A DNA stretch of 52,205 nt, taken from contig JBGPHP010000002.1 in assembly GCA_041484445.1 (NCBI GenBank), positions 1-52,205 of the forward strand, read 5' to 3'. This stretch comes from Gemmatimonadota bacterium (GTDB taxonomy: Bacteria; Gemmatimonadota; Gemmatimonadetes; Gemmatimonadales; GWC2-71-9). Position 1 is the first letter of the stretch. Each line of letters begins with the position of its first letter. Below, in pieces: positions 22,006 to 31,116 of the stretch. Made by a program: the position numbers and the translations under genes. Under the pieces are notes generated by a model. It was not told the DNA's origin. It saw nothing but the letters and a program-made list of their open reading frames with translations, and searched no databases.

Positions 22006-23616
22006 ATGCGCAAGCAGCTCATCGGCCTGATGCTCGGAAGCCTCGTGCTCGCCCCGGTGCTCACCGGTCAGGGGCACTGGGTACAGCCCAAGTGCGACCT
22101 CAAGTCGGGGCACTTTCTGGTGAACAGCGCCTTGCTGTACCTGAGGAACGCGGCCGAGACGCGGTTCGACGACGTTCGGGAACGGGACCTGCGCGACGCG
22201 AACCGCGCGCTGGTGCAGGCGCTCACCACGAACGGACAGGACAAGAACCCGGCGGCCTGGTACTATCTCGGGCGCTACTACATCGTACGCAACGACGCGG
22301 TGGGAGCGGACTCGGCCTTCCGGAAGGTGGAAGCGCTGTTCCCTGCCTGCAAGGACGACATGCTCTTCTGGCGCCGCAATTCGCTGTGGGTGCCGGCGTT
22401 CAACGCGGGCGTCGCGGCCTTGAGTGCGGAACAATACGATTCCGCCATCGCGGCCTTGCGGCGGGCGGCCGTCATCTACGACGCGGAGCCCCAGGCGTTC
22501 TCGACCCTGGCCACCGCGTTCTTCAACATGCCGCCCGCGACCTTCCTCCCGGACTCGGTCTTCCGCCGGATGCATCCCGATCTGCCGGACTCGTCGGCCC
22601 GGGCGGCCTACGATTCCATTACGCTCACTCGCTACGATTCCGCCGCCAAGTACTTCCGGCGGGCCGTGGAAGCCTCGAGCGACCCAAAATTCGTCCGGGA
22701 GAAGAAGGACGCGATGTTCAACATGGGCAATGCGTTCTATGCGGCCCATACCTATGACTCCGCCGCCGCGGCCTACACGGAATACTTGAAGGACGCGCCG
22801 CTCGACGCCCAGGCGTTGGCGCGGCTGGCAGACGTGCTGTCGTCCAGCGGTCACAAGGATTCGGCCATGGCGGTCTACGCCCACATCATCGCCCACGCCG
22901 ATTCCATGGATCCGATCAATCTGTTCAATGCGGGCGTTTCGATCTACAACGCCGCGCCGCCGATTCCGGACACCGTGCACGTGAGCTCGGACTGCCGCCG
23001 GCAGCGTGTCGCCGGCCGGACCGGGCTGACCCCCCTGCAGCGACGGGGCATCACGGCGCAATGCGATTCGGTGGCGCGCGATGCGATGAAGACCCGCGAC
23101 GCGGCAGCTGCGGAAAACTACAAGCTGGCGGCGCAGGCGTTCGAAGCGGGGCTCGCCCGCAACGGGCAAAGCCGCGATGGGCTGTACAACCTGTCCAACG
23201 CCTACTTCGCTCTGCGGCAGTCGGAGAAGATGCTCCCGGTCAGCCAGCGCCTGATGGCGGTGGATCCGCTGAACCGGAATTCCGTGCGGCTCGTGGCACA
23301 GGCGTGGCAGCTCAACAGCCGCAGTGATTCAGCGCTGCACTACGTGACCTTGGCGGATTCGCTGCTGCCGTTCGATGTCAACGTCGGGAGTTTCGCACCA
23401 GGCGAGCAGAGCGCGAGTCTCAGCGGGTTGGTCACGAACTTCCATCCGGTGCCGAGTACTCCGCTTTCGCTCACCGTCGAGTTTCTGGACGCGAGCGGCA
23501 CGGTCGTCGCGTCGCAGACGCTCGATGTGCCGGCGATCCCGGAGGGGGCCAATCATGCGTTTCAGCTCCAGGCCATCGGGGCGGGGATCGTCGCCTGGCG
23601 CTACCGGAAGAGCTGA
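22006..23616 (+). CDS. Secreted TPR-like repeat protein, paralog 1 (family unknown)
   Basis: ATG at 22006, 11 nt after AAGGAG. Signal peptide MRKQLIGLMLGSLVLAPVLTGQG and TPR-like helical repeats. Shares NPAAWYYLGRYY, VAQAW and the C-terminal ...WRYR with the ORF at 24791. Confidence 0.7.
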   Translation: MRKQLIGLMLGSLVLAPVLTGQGHWVQPKCDLKSGHFLVNSALLYLRNAAETRFDDVRERDLRDANRALVQALTTNGQDKNPAAWYYLGRYYIVRNDAVGADSAFRKVEALFPACKDDMLFWRRNSLWVPAFNAGVAALSAEQYDSAIAALRRAAVIYDAEPQAFSTLATAFFNMPPATFLPDSVFRRMHPDLPDSSARAAYDSITLTRYDSAAKYFRRAVEASSDPKFVREKKDAMFNMGNAFYAAHTYDSAAAAYTEYLKDAPLDAQALARLADVLSSSGHKDSAMAVYAHIIAHADSMDPINLFNAGVSIYNAAPPIPDTVHVSSDCRRQRVAGRTGLTPLQRRGITAQCDSVARDAMKTRDAAAAENYKLAAQAFEAGLARNGQSRDGLYNLSNAYFALRQSEKMLPVSQRLMAVDPLNRNSVRLVAQAWQLNSRSDSALHYVTLADSLLPFDVNVGSFAPGEQSASLSGLVTNFHPVPSTPLSLTVEFLDASGTVVASQTLDVPAIPEGANHAFQLQAIGAGIVAWRYRKS

Positions 23617-23636
23617 ACCGCCTGACAGCGTCGAGG

Positions 23637-23667
23637 GCGTGACCGGCGACTGCTGCGCCGGTCACGC
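23637..23667 (+). terminator. GC-rich hairpin after the TPR paralog 1 gene (weak intrinsic terminator candidate)
   Basis: GCGTGACCGGCG-ACTGCTG-CGCCGGTCACGC: 12-bp perfect stem with a 7-nt loop, 20 nt after the stop. The downstream tract TCGATTGTGC is T-poor. Confidence 0.4.
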
Positions 23668-23750
23668 TCGATTGTGCTCCTGGTGAGACGATGGAGCGGC
23701 CCGACGTTGACGTCGGTGAGCGAATCAGGCATTTTGCCGGGAGCGGCTTC

Positions 23751-23822
<72 letters not shown>

Positions 23823-23938
23823 CTGACCGATGAGCATGCACCAGCGCAGCTACGCCTACTCCTATCGTCCAACCCGTGTCACGGGCCGGCGCTGGGGGCT
23901 TGCGTGCTGATACGCTGAACGCACCGCTGAGCGATCCC

Positions 23939-23972
23939 GACGGCCCGTGAGCGATCACGGGCCGTCTTTTTT
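23939..23972 (+). terminator. Strong intrinsic terminator 25 nt upstream of the phhA start (tRNA terminator and/or phhA attenuator)
   Basis: GACGGCCCGTG-AGCGAT-CACGGGCCGTC followed by TTTTTT: 11-bp perfect GC-rich stem, 6-nt loop, U6 tract. Confidence 0.85.
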
Positions 23973-23996
23973 GTGCCCCCAGGAAGGGAGGGAGAT

Positions 23997-24734
23997 ATGC
24001 GCGTTGCTCCGGAGCTCTTCATCGAGCAGGATTGGGCTGCCTACACCCCTGAGGATCACGCCGTCTGGCGCCTGCTGTACGAACGGCGCATGGCCGTCTT
24101 GGAGCACACCGGGAGCCGGCTCTTTCTCGAAGGGTCCGCCCGCATCGGCCTCCGTCGCGATCAGGTGCCCGACCTTGCCGATGTGAACGCTCGCCTCGGG
24201 GCCCGCACCGGGTGGGCCGCCGTTCCCGTCGCGGGGTTCCTGCCGGCCCAGGAGTTCTTCCGGTGCCTCGCGCAACGCCGCTTTCCCACGACGGTCACCG
24301 TCCGGCCTCGCAGCCACCTCGACTACCTTCCGGAGCCGGACATCTTCCACGATGTCTTCGGGCACGTTCCGCTGCACACCCACCCGGTGTTCGCCGACTT
24401 CCTGCAGCGCTTCGGGCGGGCCGCGAGCGCTGCGGTCACGGACGAGCACGTCGAGGCCATGGCGCGCCTCTTCTGGTTCACCGTTGAGTTCGGCCTCATC
24501 CGAGAAGCGGGCGAGGTCAAAGTGTACGGCAGCGGGCTCATTTCATCCCACGGGGACGCGGCCAACGCGCTCGGACCCGACTGCGAGCACCGGCCGTTCG
24601 CGTTGGACGCCGTCTTGGCGCAACCGTTCGCGATCGACCGGTTTCAGGAAGTGTTGTTCACGATGGAGTCGTTCGAGCAGTTGTTTGCGGCGGTTTCGGA
24701 GGCGGAGTGTCGGCTCGGTATCGTGACGCATTGA
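23997..24734 (+). CDS. phhA: Phenylalanine 4-monooxygenase (aromatic amino acid hydroxylase)
   Basis: ATG at 23997 preceded by GGAGGGAG. Iron-binding motif PEPDIFHDVFGHVPL...FWFTVEFGL, 245 aa, bacterial PhhA size. Confidence 0.9.
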   Translation: MRVAPELFIEQDWAAYTPEDHAVWRLLYERRMAVLEHTGSRLFLEGSARIGLRRDQVPDLADVNARLGARTGWAAVPVAGFLPAQEFFRCLAQRRFPTTVTVRPRSHLDYLPEPDIFHDVFGHVPLHTHPVFADFLQRFGRAASAAVTDEHVEAMARLFWFTVEFGLIREAGEVKVYGSGLISSHGDAANALGPDCEHRPFALDAVLAQPFAIDRFQEVLFTMESFEQLFAAVSEAECRLGIVTH

Positions 24735-24790
24735 CAGTGCCGGGCGCGCAGGCAGATTCGACGCCACCAGCCCTGTTTCAGGAGCGTCCA

Positions 24791-26404
24791 ATGCGCCTGT
24801 CCGCCGTCACAGCCGGCCTGGTCCTCGCCGGCGCCACCGCGTTGCCGGGGCAGAAATGGGTCGGTCCCCAGCCCCCCTGTGCGATCGAGCCTGGTCATTT
24901 CCGCATCAACAGCGCGGTGCTGGACCTGAAGATCGCGGCCGAGCAGCCCAATCAGCGGGACCGCATGCTGGCCCAGTCGCGCGACGTCCTGGTGCGTTCG
25001 ATTCGCGACGACAAGCAGGATGCCAATCCCGCGGCCTGGTACTACCTGGGGCGGTATTACGCGGAAGTGAGCGATGCGACCGGTGCGGACACGGCCTTCG
25101 ACCGGGCGGAAGCCCTGGCGCCGCAGTGCAAGTCGGACATCGCCGGTTACCGCGGGCGGTTGTCCGAAGCAGCCCTGAACCAGGGACTCACGATCTGGCA
25201 GGGCGGCAATGCGGATTCGGCCATGGTGCTGTTGCGCCTGGCGTACGCGGTGGATCCGACCAGTCCCAGGCCACTGTTCCAGCTCGGGAATCTGTATGCC
25301 GAGCGGAACATGCTGGATTCCACGGCGGCGGTGCTCGGACGGGCCGCGCGGGCCGCGGGCGCCGACAGCACGTTCGCCGACGCCAAACGCGACGCGCTGC
25401 TGACCGTCGCCCGGCTGGCGTACCGCACGCTGCAGGGGTCGCCGGCCGTCCAGCAGTGGCAGCACACGCGCTATAGCCGCGACTCGCTCGCCCCGTATCT
25501 CGCGGCCGATTCGACGGTACTGGCCCGGATGCAGCAATCGTCGGCGTCGCGGCGCGCGCGGGGGGCGCGGCTCTCGCCGGCCGATCAGCAGTCGTTCAGC
25601 CGGGACTCGACCACCCGGGGGGACGCTGTGGCGCGGGACCGCGCCGTGCGGGAAACGCTGGGGCAGCGGGCGAGTGCCGACAGCACGGCCGCCCAGACGG
25701 CGTTCGAGCCTTCCCTGGCCGCCTATCGTGAGCTGGTGGCTGCGTATCCGGCCAACATGGAAGCCGCCACGGCGCTGGGAGGCATCTATAGCCAGGCGGG
25801 CCGGAAGGCGGAGGCTACGGCCGTGTTCGACGGATTGTTCGCTCACGCGGCCGAGCTATCGACTTCGGATCTGTACGATCTGGGGCAGCGCCTGTTGCAG
25901 GCCAGGTTGCCGGGGCCGGGCACCCGGGCCTACGCCCTGGCGCTGCAACGGAACCCGTATCATCGCAACGCCCTGGCCGAGCTGGCGAGCGCGTACCTCG
26001 ACGCCAGGGACACCGCGAACGCCCTGGAGATCGCCCAACGCTTGGGCGCGATCGATCCGCGCAACAAGATGGCCCTCCACATCGTGGCGCAGGCCTGGGA
26101 TCTGCGCGGCCGCCGCGACTCCGCCCAGGTGTACGCCACCCTGGCCGAGTCGCTCTCCGTGGACATCTCCATGCCGAGCCTCGTGGGGGACAGCGCCGGA
26201 GCCACCCTCACGGGTGTCGCCTCGAACCTGGGGAGCGCCGCCTCGAAGCCGTTCGTGATTCAAGTCGAGCTGCTCGATACCCGGGGGACCGTGATGGCCA
26301 CGCAGGCCGTGGACGTGCCGGCGCTGCAGCCCGGGAGCAACCAGCAATTCCAGGTGCGGGGAGCCGGACGGAGCATCGTCGGCTGGCGTTACCGGGTCAC
26401 CTAG
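24791..26404 (+). CDS. Secreted TPR-like repeat protein, paralog 2 (family unknown)
   Basis: The ORF was trimmed to the ATG at 24791 (CAGGAG upstream). Signal peptide MRLSAVTAGLVLAGATALPGQ. Same length class (537 vs 536 aa) and shared motifs with the ORF at 22006. Confidence 0.7.
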   Translation: MRLSAVTAGLVLAGATALPGQKWVGPQPPCAIEPGHFRINSAVLDLKIAAEQPNQRDRMLAQSRDVLVRSIRDDKQDANPAAWYYLGRYYAEVSDATGADTAFDRAEALAPQCKSDIAGYRGRLSEAALNQGLTIWQGGNADSAMVLLRLAYAVDPTSPRPLFQLGNLYAERNMLDSTAAVLGRAARAAGADSTFADAKRDALLTVARLAYRTLQGSPAVQQWQHTRYSRDSLAPYLAADSTVLARMQQSSASRRARGARLSPADQQSFSRDSTTRGDAVARDRAVRETLGQRASADSTAAQTAFEPSLAAYRELVAAYPANMEAATALGGIYSQAGRKAEATAVFDGLFAHAAELSTSDLYDLGQRLLQARLPGPGTRAYALALQRNPYHRNALAELASAYLDARDTANALEIAQRLGAIDPRNKMALHIVAQAWDLRGRRDSAQVYATLAESLSVDISMPSLVGDSAGATLTGVASNLGSAASKPFVIQVELLDTRGTVMATQAVDVPALQPGSNQQFQVRGAGRSIVGWRYRVT

Positions 26405-26458
26405 GCGATATTATCGGTTGCTCAAGTTTCGGCCGGCGTTGGGTTTGCGACGCTCGGC

Positions 26459-27805
26459 ATGAGAAATCGCTTTAACCATCGGGCAACCGTTTTGCTGCGC
26501 GTCGCGTCGGTAGCGCCGGACACCATCGGCGCCGAGCTGGGCCTCCTGCCGGGGACCGAGCTCCTCAGTGTGAATGGTCGGCGACTGGAGGACTTCCTCG
26601 ATTGGGAGTTCCTCACGGCGGACGACGCATTCGTGCTGCGGGCCCGGCTGCCTTCGGGTCAGGAGTTGGAGTGCGACATCGAGCGGCCGGAAGGGATGCC
26701 GCTGGGGGTCGCGCTCGAGCCGCCGCGGATCCGGCGCTGTGCCAATCACTGCGATTTCTGCTTCGTGGACGGCAATCCCACCGGGATGCGCGAGAGTCTG
26801 TACATCCGCGACGACGACTACCGGCTCTCCTTCCGGTACGGCAACTTCGCGACGCTCACCAACCTCAAGCCCTGGGACGAAGCGCGGATCGCAGAGTACC
26901 GGCTGTCGCCATTGTACGTCTCGGTCCACGCGACTGATCTCGTCGTGCGTCGCTGGCTGCTGCGGAATCCGGAAGCCCCGGAGATCGTGGGGCAGCTGGG
27001 TCGCTTCGCCGAGCGCGGCATCCGGTTCCACACGCAGGTGGTCCTCGTCCCCGGCGTGAACGACGGAGCGGTGCTGGAGCGCACGTTGGGAGACCTGTAC
27101 GGGCTGGGCGCCGCGGTGTTGTCGGTGTCGGTCGTGCCGGTCGCGCTGACCGAGTACAGCAAGCACAATCTCGTTCAGGCGCCGAGCGCGGAGCAGTGCC
27201 GCGCCGCGCTCGGGACCGTGGATCGCTGGGCGGCGCGGGCGGTGGCGGAGCGGGGGCACCCCTGGTGCTTCGGGGCGGACGATCTGTATCTCCAAGCGGA
27301 CGCGGCCCTTCCGCCGGCGCTCTGGTACGGGGACTTCGAGCAGCGCGAAAACGGTGTGGGTGCCGTGCGCTACCTCCAGACTCGAATCGCGGCCGCGGCG
27401 GGGCGATATGGTGACTGGTCGGGGCGCCGTGTCGGCATCGCTACCGGGACCGCCATGGCGCCGCTGATGCCCCAGGTAATCGAGACGCTGGCGCGCGAGA
27501 CAGGCGGTGCGTTCGAGATCCTCCCGCTCCAGAACGACCTGTTCGGCTCCTCGGTGACCACGGCGGGGTTGCTGCCCGGGGCGGCGTTTCTCCGGGCGCT
27601 CCGGGAACGGCCGGATCTCGATCTCGCCCTGCTGCCGGCCGAAGCGGTGAACGACGATCTGCGTTTCATGGACGACCTGGACGCCCACGCGCTCGCCGCC
27701 CAGGTGCCGATGGAGATTCGTCTGTCCTACGACTTCGCCGATGTGTTGGCGGATTCCGAATCCGCAATCCGTGATCCGCAATCCGCACTGGGAGAAGGGC
27801 GGTGA
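26459..27805 (+). CDS. DUF512 radical-SAM-type protein with N-terminal PDZ-like domain
   Basis: CxxxCxxC motif (CANHCDFC), YIRDDDYRLSFRYGNFATLTNL and LSPLYVSVHATD. Lies directly upstream of der, a common synteny. Confidence 0.8.
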   Translation: MRNRFNHRATVLLRVASVAPDTIGAELGLLPGTELLSVNGRRLEDFLDWEFLTADDAFVLRARLPSGQELECDIERPEGMPLGVALEPPRIRRCANHCDFCFVDGNPTGMRESLYIRDDDYRLSFRYGNFATLTNLKPWDEARIAEYRLSPLYVSVHATDLVVRRWLLRNPEAPEIVGQLGRFAERGIRFHTQVVLVPGVNDGAVLERTLGDLYGLGAAVLSVSVVPVALTEYSKHNLVQAPSAEQCRAALGTVDRWAARAVAERGHPWCFGADDLYLQADAALPPALWYGDFEQRENGVGAVRYLQTRIAAAAGRYGDWSGRRVGIATGTAMAPLMPQVIETLARETGGAFEILPLQNDLFGSSVTTAGLLPGAAFLRALRERPDLDLALLPAEAVNDDLRFMDDLDAHALAAQVPMEIRLSYDFADVLADSESAIRDPQSALGEGR

Positions 27806-29133
27806 AGCGGGGCGCGCCGACCGTCGCCATCATTGGCCGGCCCAACGTCGGCAAGTCGACGTTGTTCAACCGGCTCATCGGCCGGCGCGAAGCGATCGTC
27901 GACGCACGGCCCGGCGTGACCCGCGACCGGAATTTCGCCGCTGCCGACTGGAACGGACGCCGCTTCTGGCTGGTGGATACGGGCGGCCTCGTCCCCGGTG
28001 CCTCCGACGCCCTGAACCGCGCGATTCGCGCCCAGGTGGAGGCCGCGGTGGCCGAGAGCGATGTGTTGCTCTTCCTGGTGGACGTGGCCGAGGGCGTGCA
28101 TCCCGCCGACCTGGAGATCGCGCAGTACCTGCGCGGCGTGCACCGTCCGGTGCTCCTGGTCGCCAACAAGGCGGACCGGATCCCCGACGATCAGCGCCAC
28201 GTGGCGTTCTACGAGCTCGGCCTGGGCGATCCATTCCCCGTTTCGGCGACGGTGGGGAAGAGCACGGGCGATCTGCTCGACCGGATCGTGGAGATGCTGC
28301 CCGAGCGAGACGGGGCGGAAGACGAAACCGCCGTCCAGGTAGCGATCGTCGGGCGGCCCAATGTCGGCAAGTCGAGCCTCCTGAACCGGCTCTTGGGACG
28401 CGAGCGGATGGTCGTCGCCGACGAGCCCGGCACGACGCGCGACGCAGTGGACACGCCTGTCGACCACGCCGGGCGCCGCCTGGTGTTCATCGATACCGCC
28501 GGCTTGCGCAAGCGCAGCAAGGTCCAGGACGACGTCGAGTTCTACGCCACCCTGCGCACCACCCGGGCGATCGAGCGCGCCGACGTGTGCGTGCTCGTGG
28601 TCGACGCGCTGGACGGCATGCACGCGCAGGATCTCAAGATCATCGGTGATGCGTGGGAGCGGGGTGCCGGGGTGATCGTCGCCGTCAACAAATGGGACCT
28701 GATCGAGGAGAAGGACTCGAACACGGCCGTGCGCGGGGAAGAAGAGCTGGCCTTGAAGGCGCCGTTTCTCCGGTTCATCCCGTTTCTCTACGTCTCGGCC
28801 AAGAACGGTCAGCGGGTCACGAAGCTGTTCGACCTCATCGTCACCGTGGCGGAAGAACGGAGCAAGCGCGTCCCGACCGCCGAGGTCAATCGCGTGCTCG
28901 AGACGCTGGTCACCCGCCAGCAGCCGCCACAGCCGGTGGGTGAGTCGGTGCGGTTGTTCTACGCCTCACAGATCGGCACCGCGCCGCCCCGGTTCGCCAT
29001 CATCGCCAATCGGCCCGACGCGATCCCCGAGTCGTATTCCCGCTATCTCGTGAACGGCTTCCGAGAGGCGTGGGCGTTCACCGGCGCCCCGGTCAACATC
29101 AAATTCCGCCGCAAACGTCAGGAGCGGCGGTGA
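27802..29133 (+). CDS. der: Ribosome-associated GTPase Der (EngA)
   Basis: Two tandem GTPase domains (GRPNVGKSTLFNRL and GRPNVGKSSLLNRL) plus a KH-like C-terminus. The GTG start overlaps the upstream stop. Confidence 0.95.
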   Translation: MKRGAPTVAIIGRPNVGKSTLFNRLIGRREAIVDARPGVTRDRNFAAADWNGRRFWLVDTGGLVPGASDALNRAIRAQVEAAVAESDVLLFLVDVAEGVHPADLEIAQYLRGVHRPVLLVANKADRIPDDQRHVAFYELGLGDPFPVSATVGKSTGDLLDRIVEMLPERDGAEDETAVQVAIVGRPNVGKSSLLNRLLGRERMVVADEPGTTRDAVDTPVDHAGRRLVFIDTAGLRKRSKVQDDVEFYATLRTTRAIERADVCVLVVDALDGMHAQDLKIIGDAWERGAGVIVAVNKWDLIEEKDSNTAVRGEEELALKAPFLRFIPFLYVSAKNGQRVTKLFDLIVTVAEERSKRVPTAEVNRVLETLVTRQQPPQPVGESVRLFYASQIGTAPPRFAIIANRPDAIPESYSRYLVNGFREAWAFTGAPVNIKFRRKRQERR

Positions 29134-29735
29134 CGCTCGCCCTGTGGCTCGTAGCGGCCTACCTGCTGGGCGCCACCCCGACCGCCTACGTGGCGGGCCG
29201 GCTCGCCCGGGGCATCGACCTGCGCGCGCACGGCAGCCACAACCTCGGTGCGACCAACGTCTACCGTGTGCTGGGGTGGGGCTGGGCGATCCCGGTCGCC
29301 CTGGTGGACGTCGCCAAGGGCGCCATCCCGGTGGCCCTGTTCGCGCAATGGGCGGGCGTTGGTTCGTGGGCGGCGGTCGCGCTGGGAGTCGCCGCGATCT
29401 TGGGACACGTCTTCTCCCCCTACGTCGCCTTCAAGGGAGGGAAGGGCGTCGCCACCGCCCTCGGTGTGTTTCTGGCCCTGGCACCCCTGGCCGTCGCGAT
29501 CGCCCTTCCGGTGTGGGGTGGGAGCCTGTGGTTGACGGGCTACGTGTCGCTCAGCTCCGTCGTCGCGGCGGCCACGTTCCCCGTCTGGGTGCGGCTCACC
29601 CAGCCCGCCGCGACGCCGGCGTTCTGGGCGAGCGTGGGCGTGGCAGCCCTCATCGTGTTCTCGCATCGCGCCAACCTGCGGCGGCTCGTGGCGGGCACCG
29701 AGAGCCGGTTTCGCACCCGTAAAGGCCTTCCATGA
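29130..29735 (+). CDS. plsY: Glycerol-3-phosphate acyltransferase PlsY
   Basis: The ORF was trimmed to the GTG at 29130 (GTGA overlap). HGSHNLGATNVYRVLG and FKGGKGVAT motifs. Polytopic, 201 aa. Confidence 0.9.
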   Translation: MTLALWLVAAYLLGATPTAYVAGRLARGIDLRAHGSHNLGATNVYRVLGWGWAIPVALVDVAKGAIPVALFAQWAGVGSWAAVALGVAAILGHVFSPYVAFKGGKGVATALGVFLALAPLAVAIALPVWGGSLWLTGYVSLSSVVAAATFPVWVRLTQPAATPAFWASVGVAALIVFSHRANLRRLVAGTESRFRTRKGLP

Positions 29736-30742
29736 GCACGTCGCCACGCGTCGCCGTGATCGGGGGAGGGGCCTGGGGGACGACCCTCGCCGATCTGCTG
29801 GCGCGCAAAGATCTGGCGGTGACGATCTGGGCGCGTGAGCCGGAGGTGGTGCAGGGAATCAACCGCGAGCACGAGAATGCGATGTTCCTGCCCAAGGCGC
29901 CGCTCGCGCCCGCGCTGCGCGCCAGCGGGGACCTCGCCGAGGCCGTACAGGGAGCGGAGGTCGTGGTTTCGGCGGTTCCATCCCACGCCGTGCGCACTGT
30001 GATGACGACGGTGGCCGCCGCAGTGCGCGGGACGCCGCTCGTGGTCAGCGTGTCCAAGGGGCTCGAGCCGGAGCGTCAGGAGCGGCTCTCCAGCGTGCTC
30101 ACCGAGGTGTTTGGCCTCGCGACGCCGGTGGCGGTGCTCTCGGGGCCGTCATTCGCGCAGGAGGTGTACGAGCGCCAGCCGACGGCAGTCGTGGCGGCCT
30201 GCGCCGATCACGACGTGGCGCGACGCGTGCAGGACGTGTTCTCGACCGGTAGTTTCCGGGTGTACTCGCAGACCGACGTTATCGGCGTGGAGCTGGGCGG
30301 CGCGTTGAAGAACGTGATCGCCCTGGCGGCGGGGATCGCCGAAGGGCTCGGGTTGGGGTTCAACCCACGGGCGGCGCTCATCACGCGCGGCCTGGCGGAG
30401 CTGACGCGCCTCGGCCTCGCCATGGGCGCCGACCCACTGACGTTCGCGGGTCTGGCCGGTCTGGGCGATCTCGTGCTGACCGCCACTGGGGCGCTGTCGC
30501 GCAATCGCTCGCTCGGCGTGGAGCTCGGGCGGGGACGGAACCTGGAGGAGATTCTGGCGAGCCGGAAGACCGTGGCGGAGGGCGTGACGACGGCGCGAAC
30601 CGCGGTGACGCTGGGCGCGCGCCACGGCGTCGAGCTGCCGATCGCGCGCGAGGTGAGCGAAATCCTGTTCGCGGGCAAGTCGCCGCGGCAAGCGATCGCC
30701 GACCTGATGGAGCGGACTCCCAAGCCGGAGCAGTGGCGGTGA
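29732..30742 (+). CDS. gpsA: NAD(P)H-dependent glycerol-3-phosphate dehydrogenase GpsA
   Basis: VAVIGGGAWGTTLA Rossmann motif, LSGPSFAQEV and GALKNVIALAAGI. 336 aa. Confidence 0.95.
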   Translation: MSTSPRVAVIGGGAWGTTLADLLARKDLAVTIWAREPEVVQGINREHENAMFLPKAPLAPALRASGDLAEAVQGAEVVVSAVPSHAVRTVMTTVAAAVRGTPLVVSVSKGLEPERQERLSSVLTEVFGLATPVAVLSGPSFAQEVYERQPTAVVAACADHDVARRVQDVFSTGSFRVYSQTDVIGVELGGALKNVIALAAGIAEGLGLGFNPRAALITRGLAELTRLGLAMGADPLTFAGLAGLGDLVLTATGALSRNRSLGVELGRGRNLEEILASRKTVAEGVTTARTAVTLGARHGVELPIAREVSEILFAGKSPRQAIADLMERTPKPEQWR

Positions 30743-31116
30743 GCGCGCCGCATCCGGTGCAGGAGTTTTTCTCGATCGGCGAGGTGTGTCAGCTCACCGA
30801 CCTCAAGCCGCACGTGCTGCGCTACTGGGAGAGCCAGTTCCGCTTCCTGAACCCGGCCAAGAACCGCTCGGGGAATCGCGTGTACCAGCGACGTGAAATC
30901 GAGCTCATCATGCTGGTGAAGCACCTGCTCTATACGGAGAAGTACACGATCGAAGGAGCCCGGGCCAAGATCGAGCAGTATCGCCGCTCCGGTGAGCTCA
31001 AGCCGGAGGCGCGGCGGGCGCTCGCGTCGGAAACGATCAAGGACCTGCGCGCCGATTTGAAGGCTGTGCTCGCCCTGCTCGACGGCGCGGCGCCACCCCA
31101 TGGCGGACGCTCCTGA
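30733..31116 (+). CDS. MerR-family transcriptional regulator
   Basis: HTH segment FSIGEVCQLTDLKPHVLRYWESQF...NRSGNRVYQRREIELIMLVKHLL. The start could be GTG 30733 or GTG 30739; both overlap the gpsA end. Confidence 0.75.
   Translation: MAVSAPHPVQEFFSIGEVCQLTDLKPHVLRYWESQFRFLNPAKNRSGNRVYQRREIELIMLVKHLLYTEKYTIEGARAKIEQYRRSGELKPEARRALASETIKDLRADLKAVLALLDGAAPPHGGRS

Noticed and set aside
23830-23910. The 26-codon ORF (MSMHQRSYAYSYRPTRVTGRRWGLAC) as a stand-alone small protein gene.
   Set aside because: It has no Shine-Dalgarno sequence and no recognisable peptide family, and it lies between a tRNA and a terminator. It is kept only as a possible regulatory leader in the attenuator hypothesis, not as a protein-coding feature.
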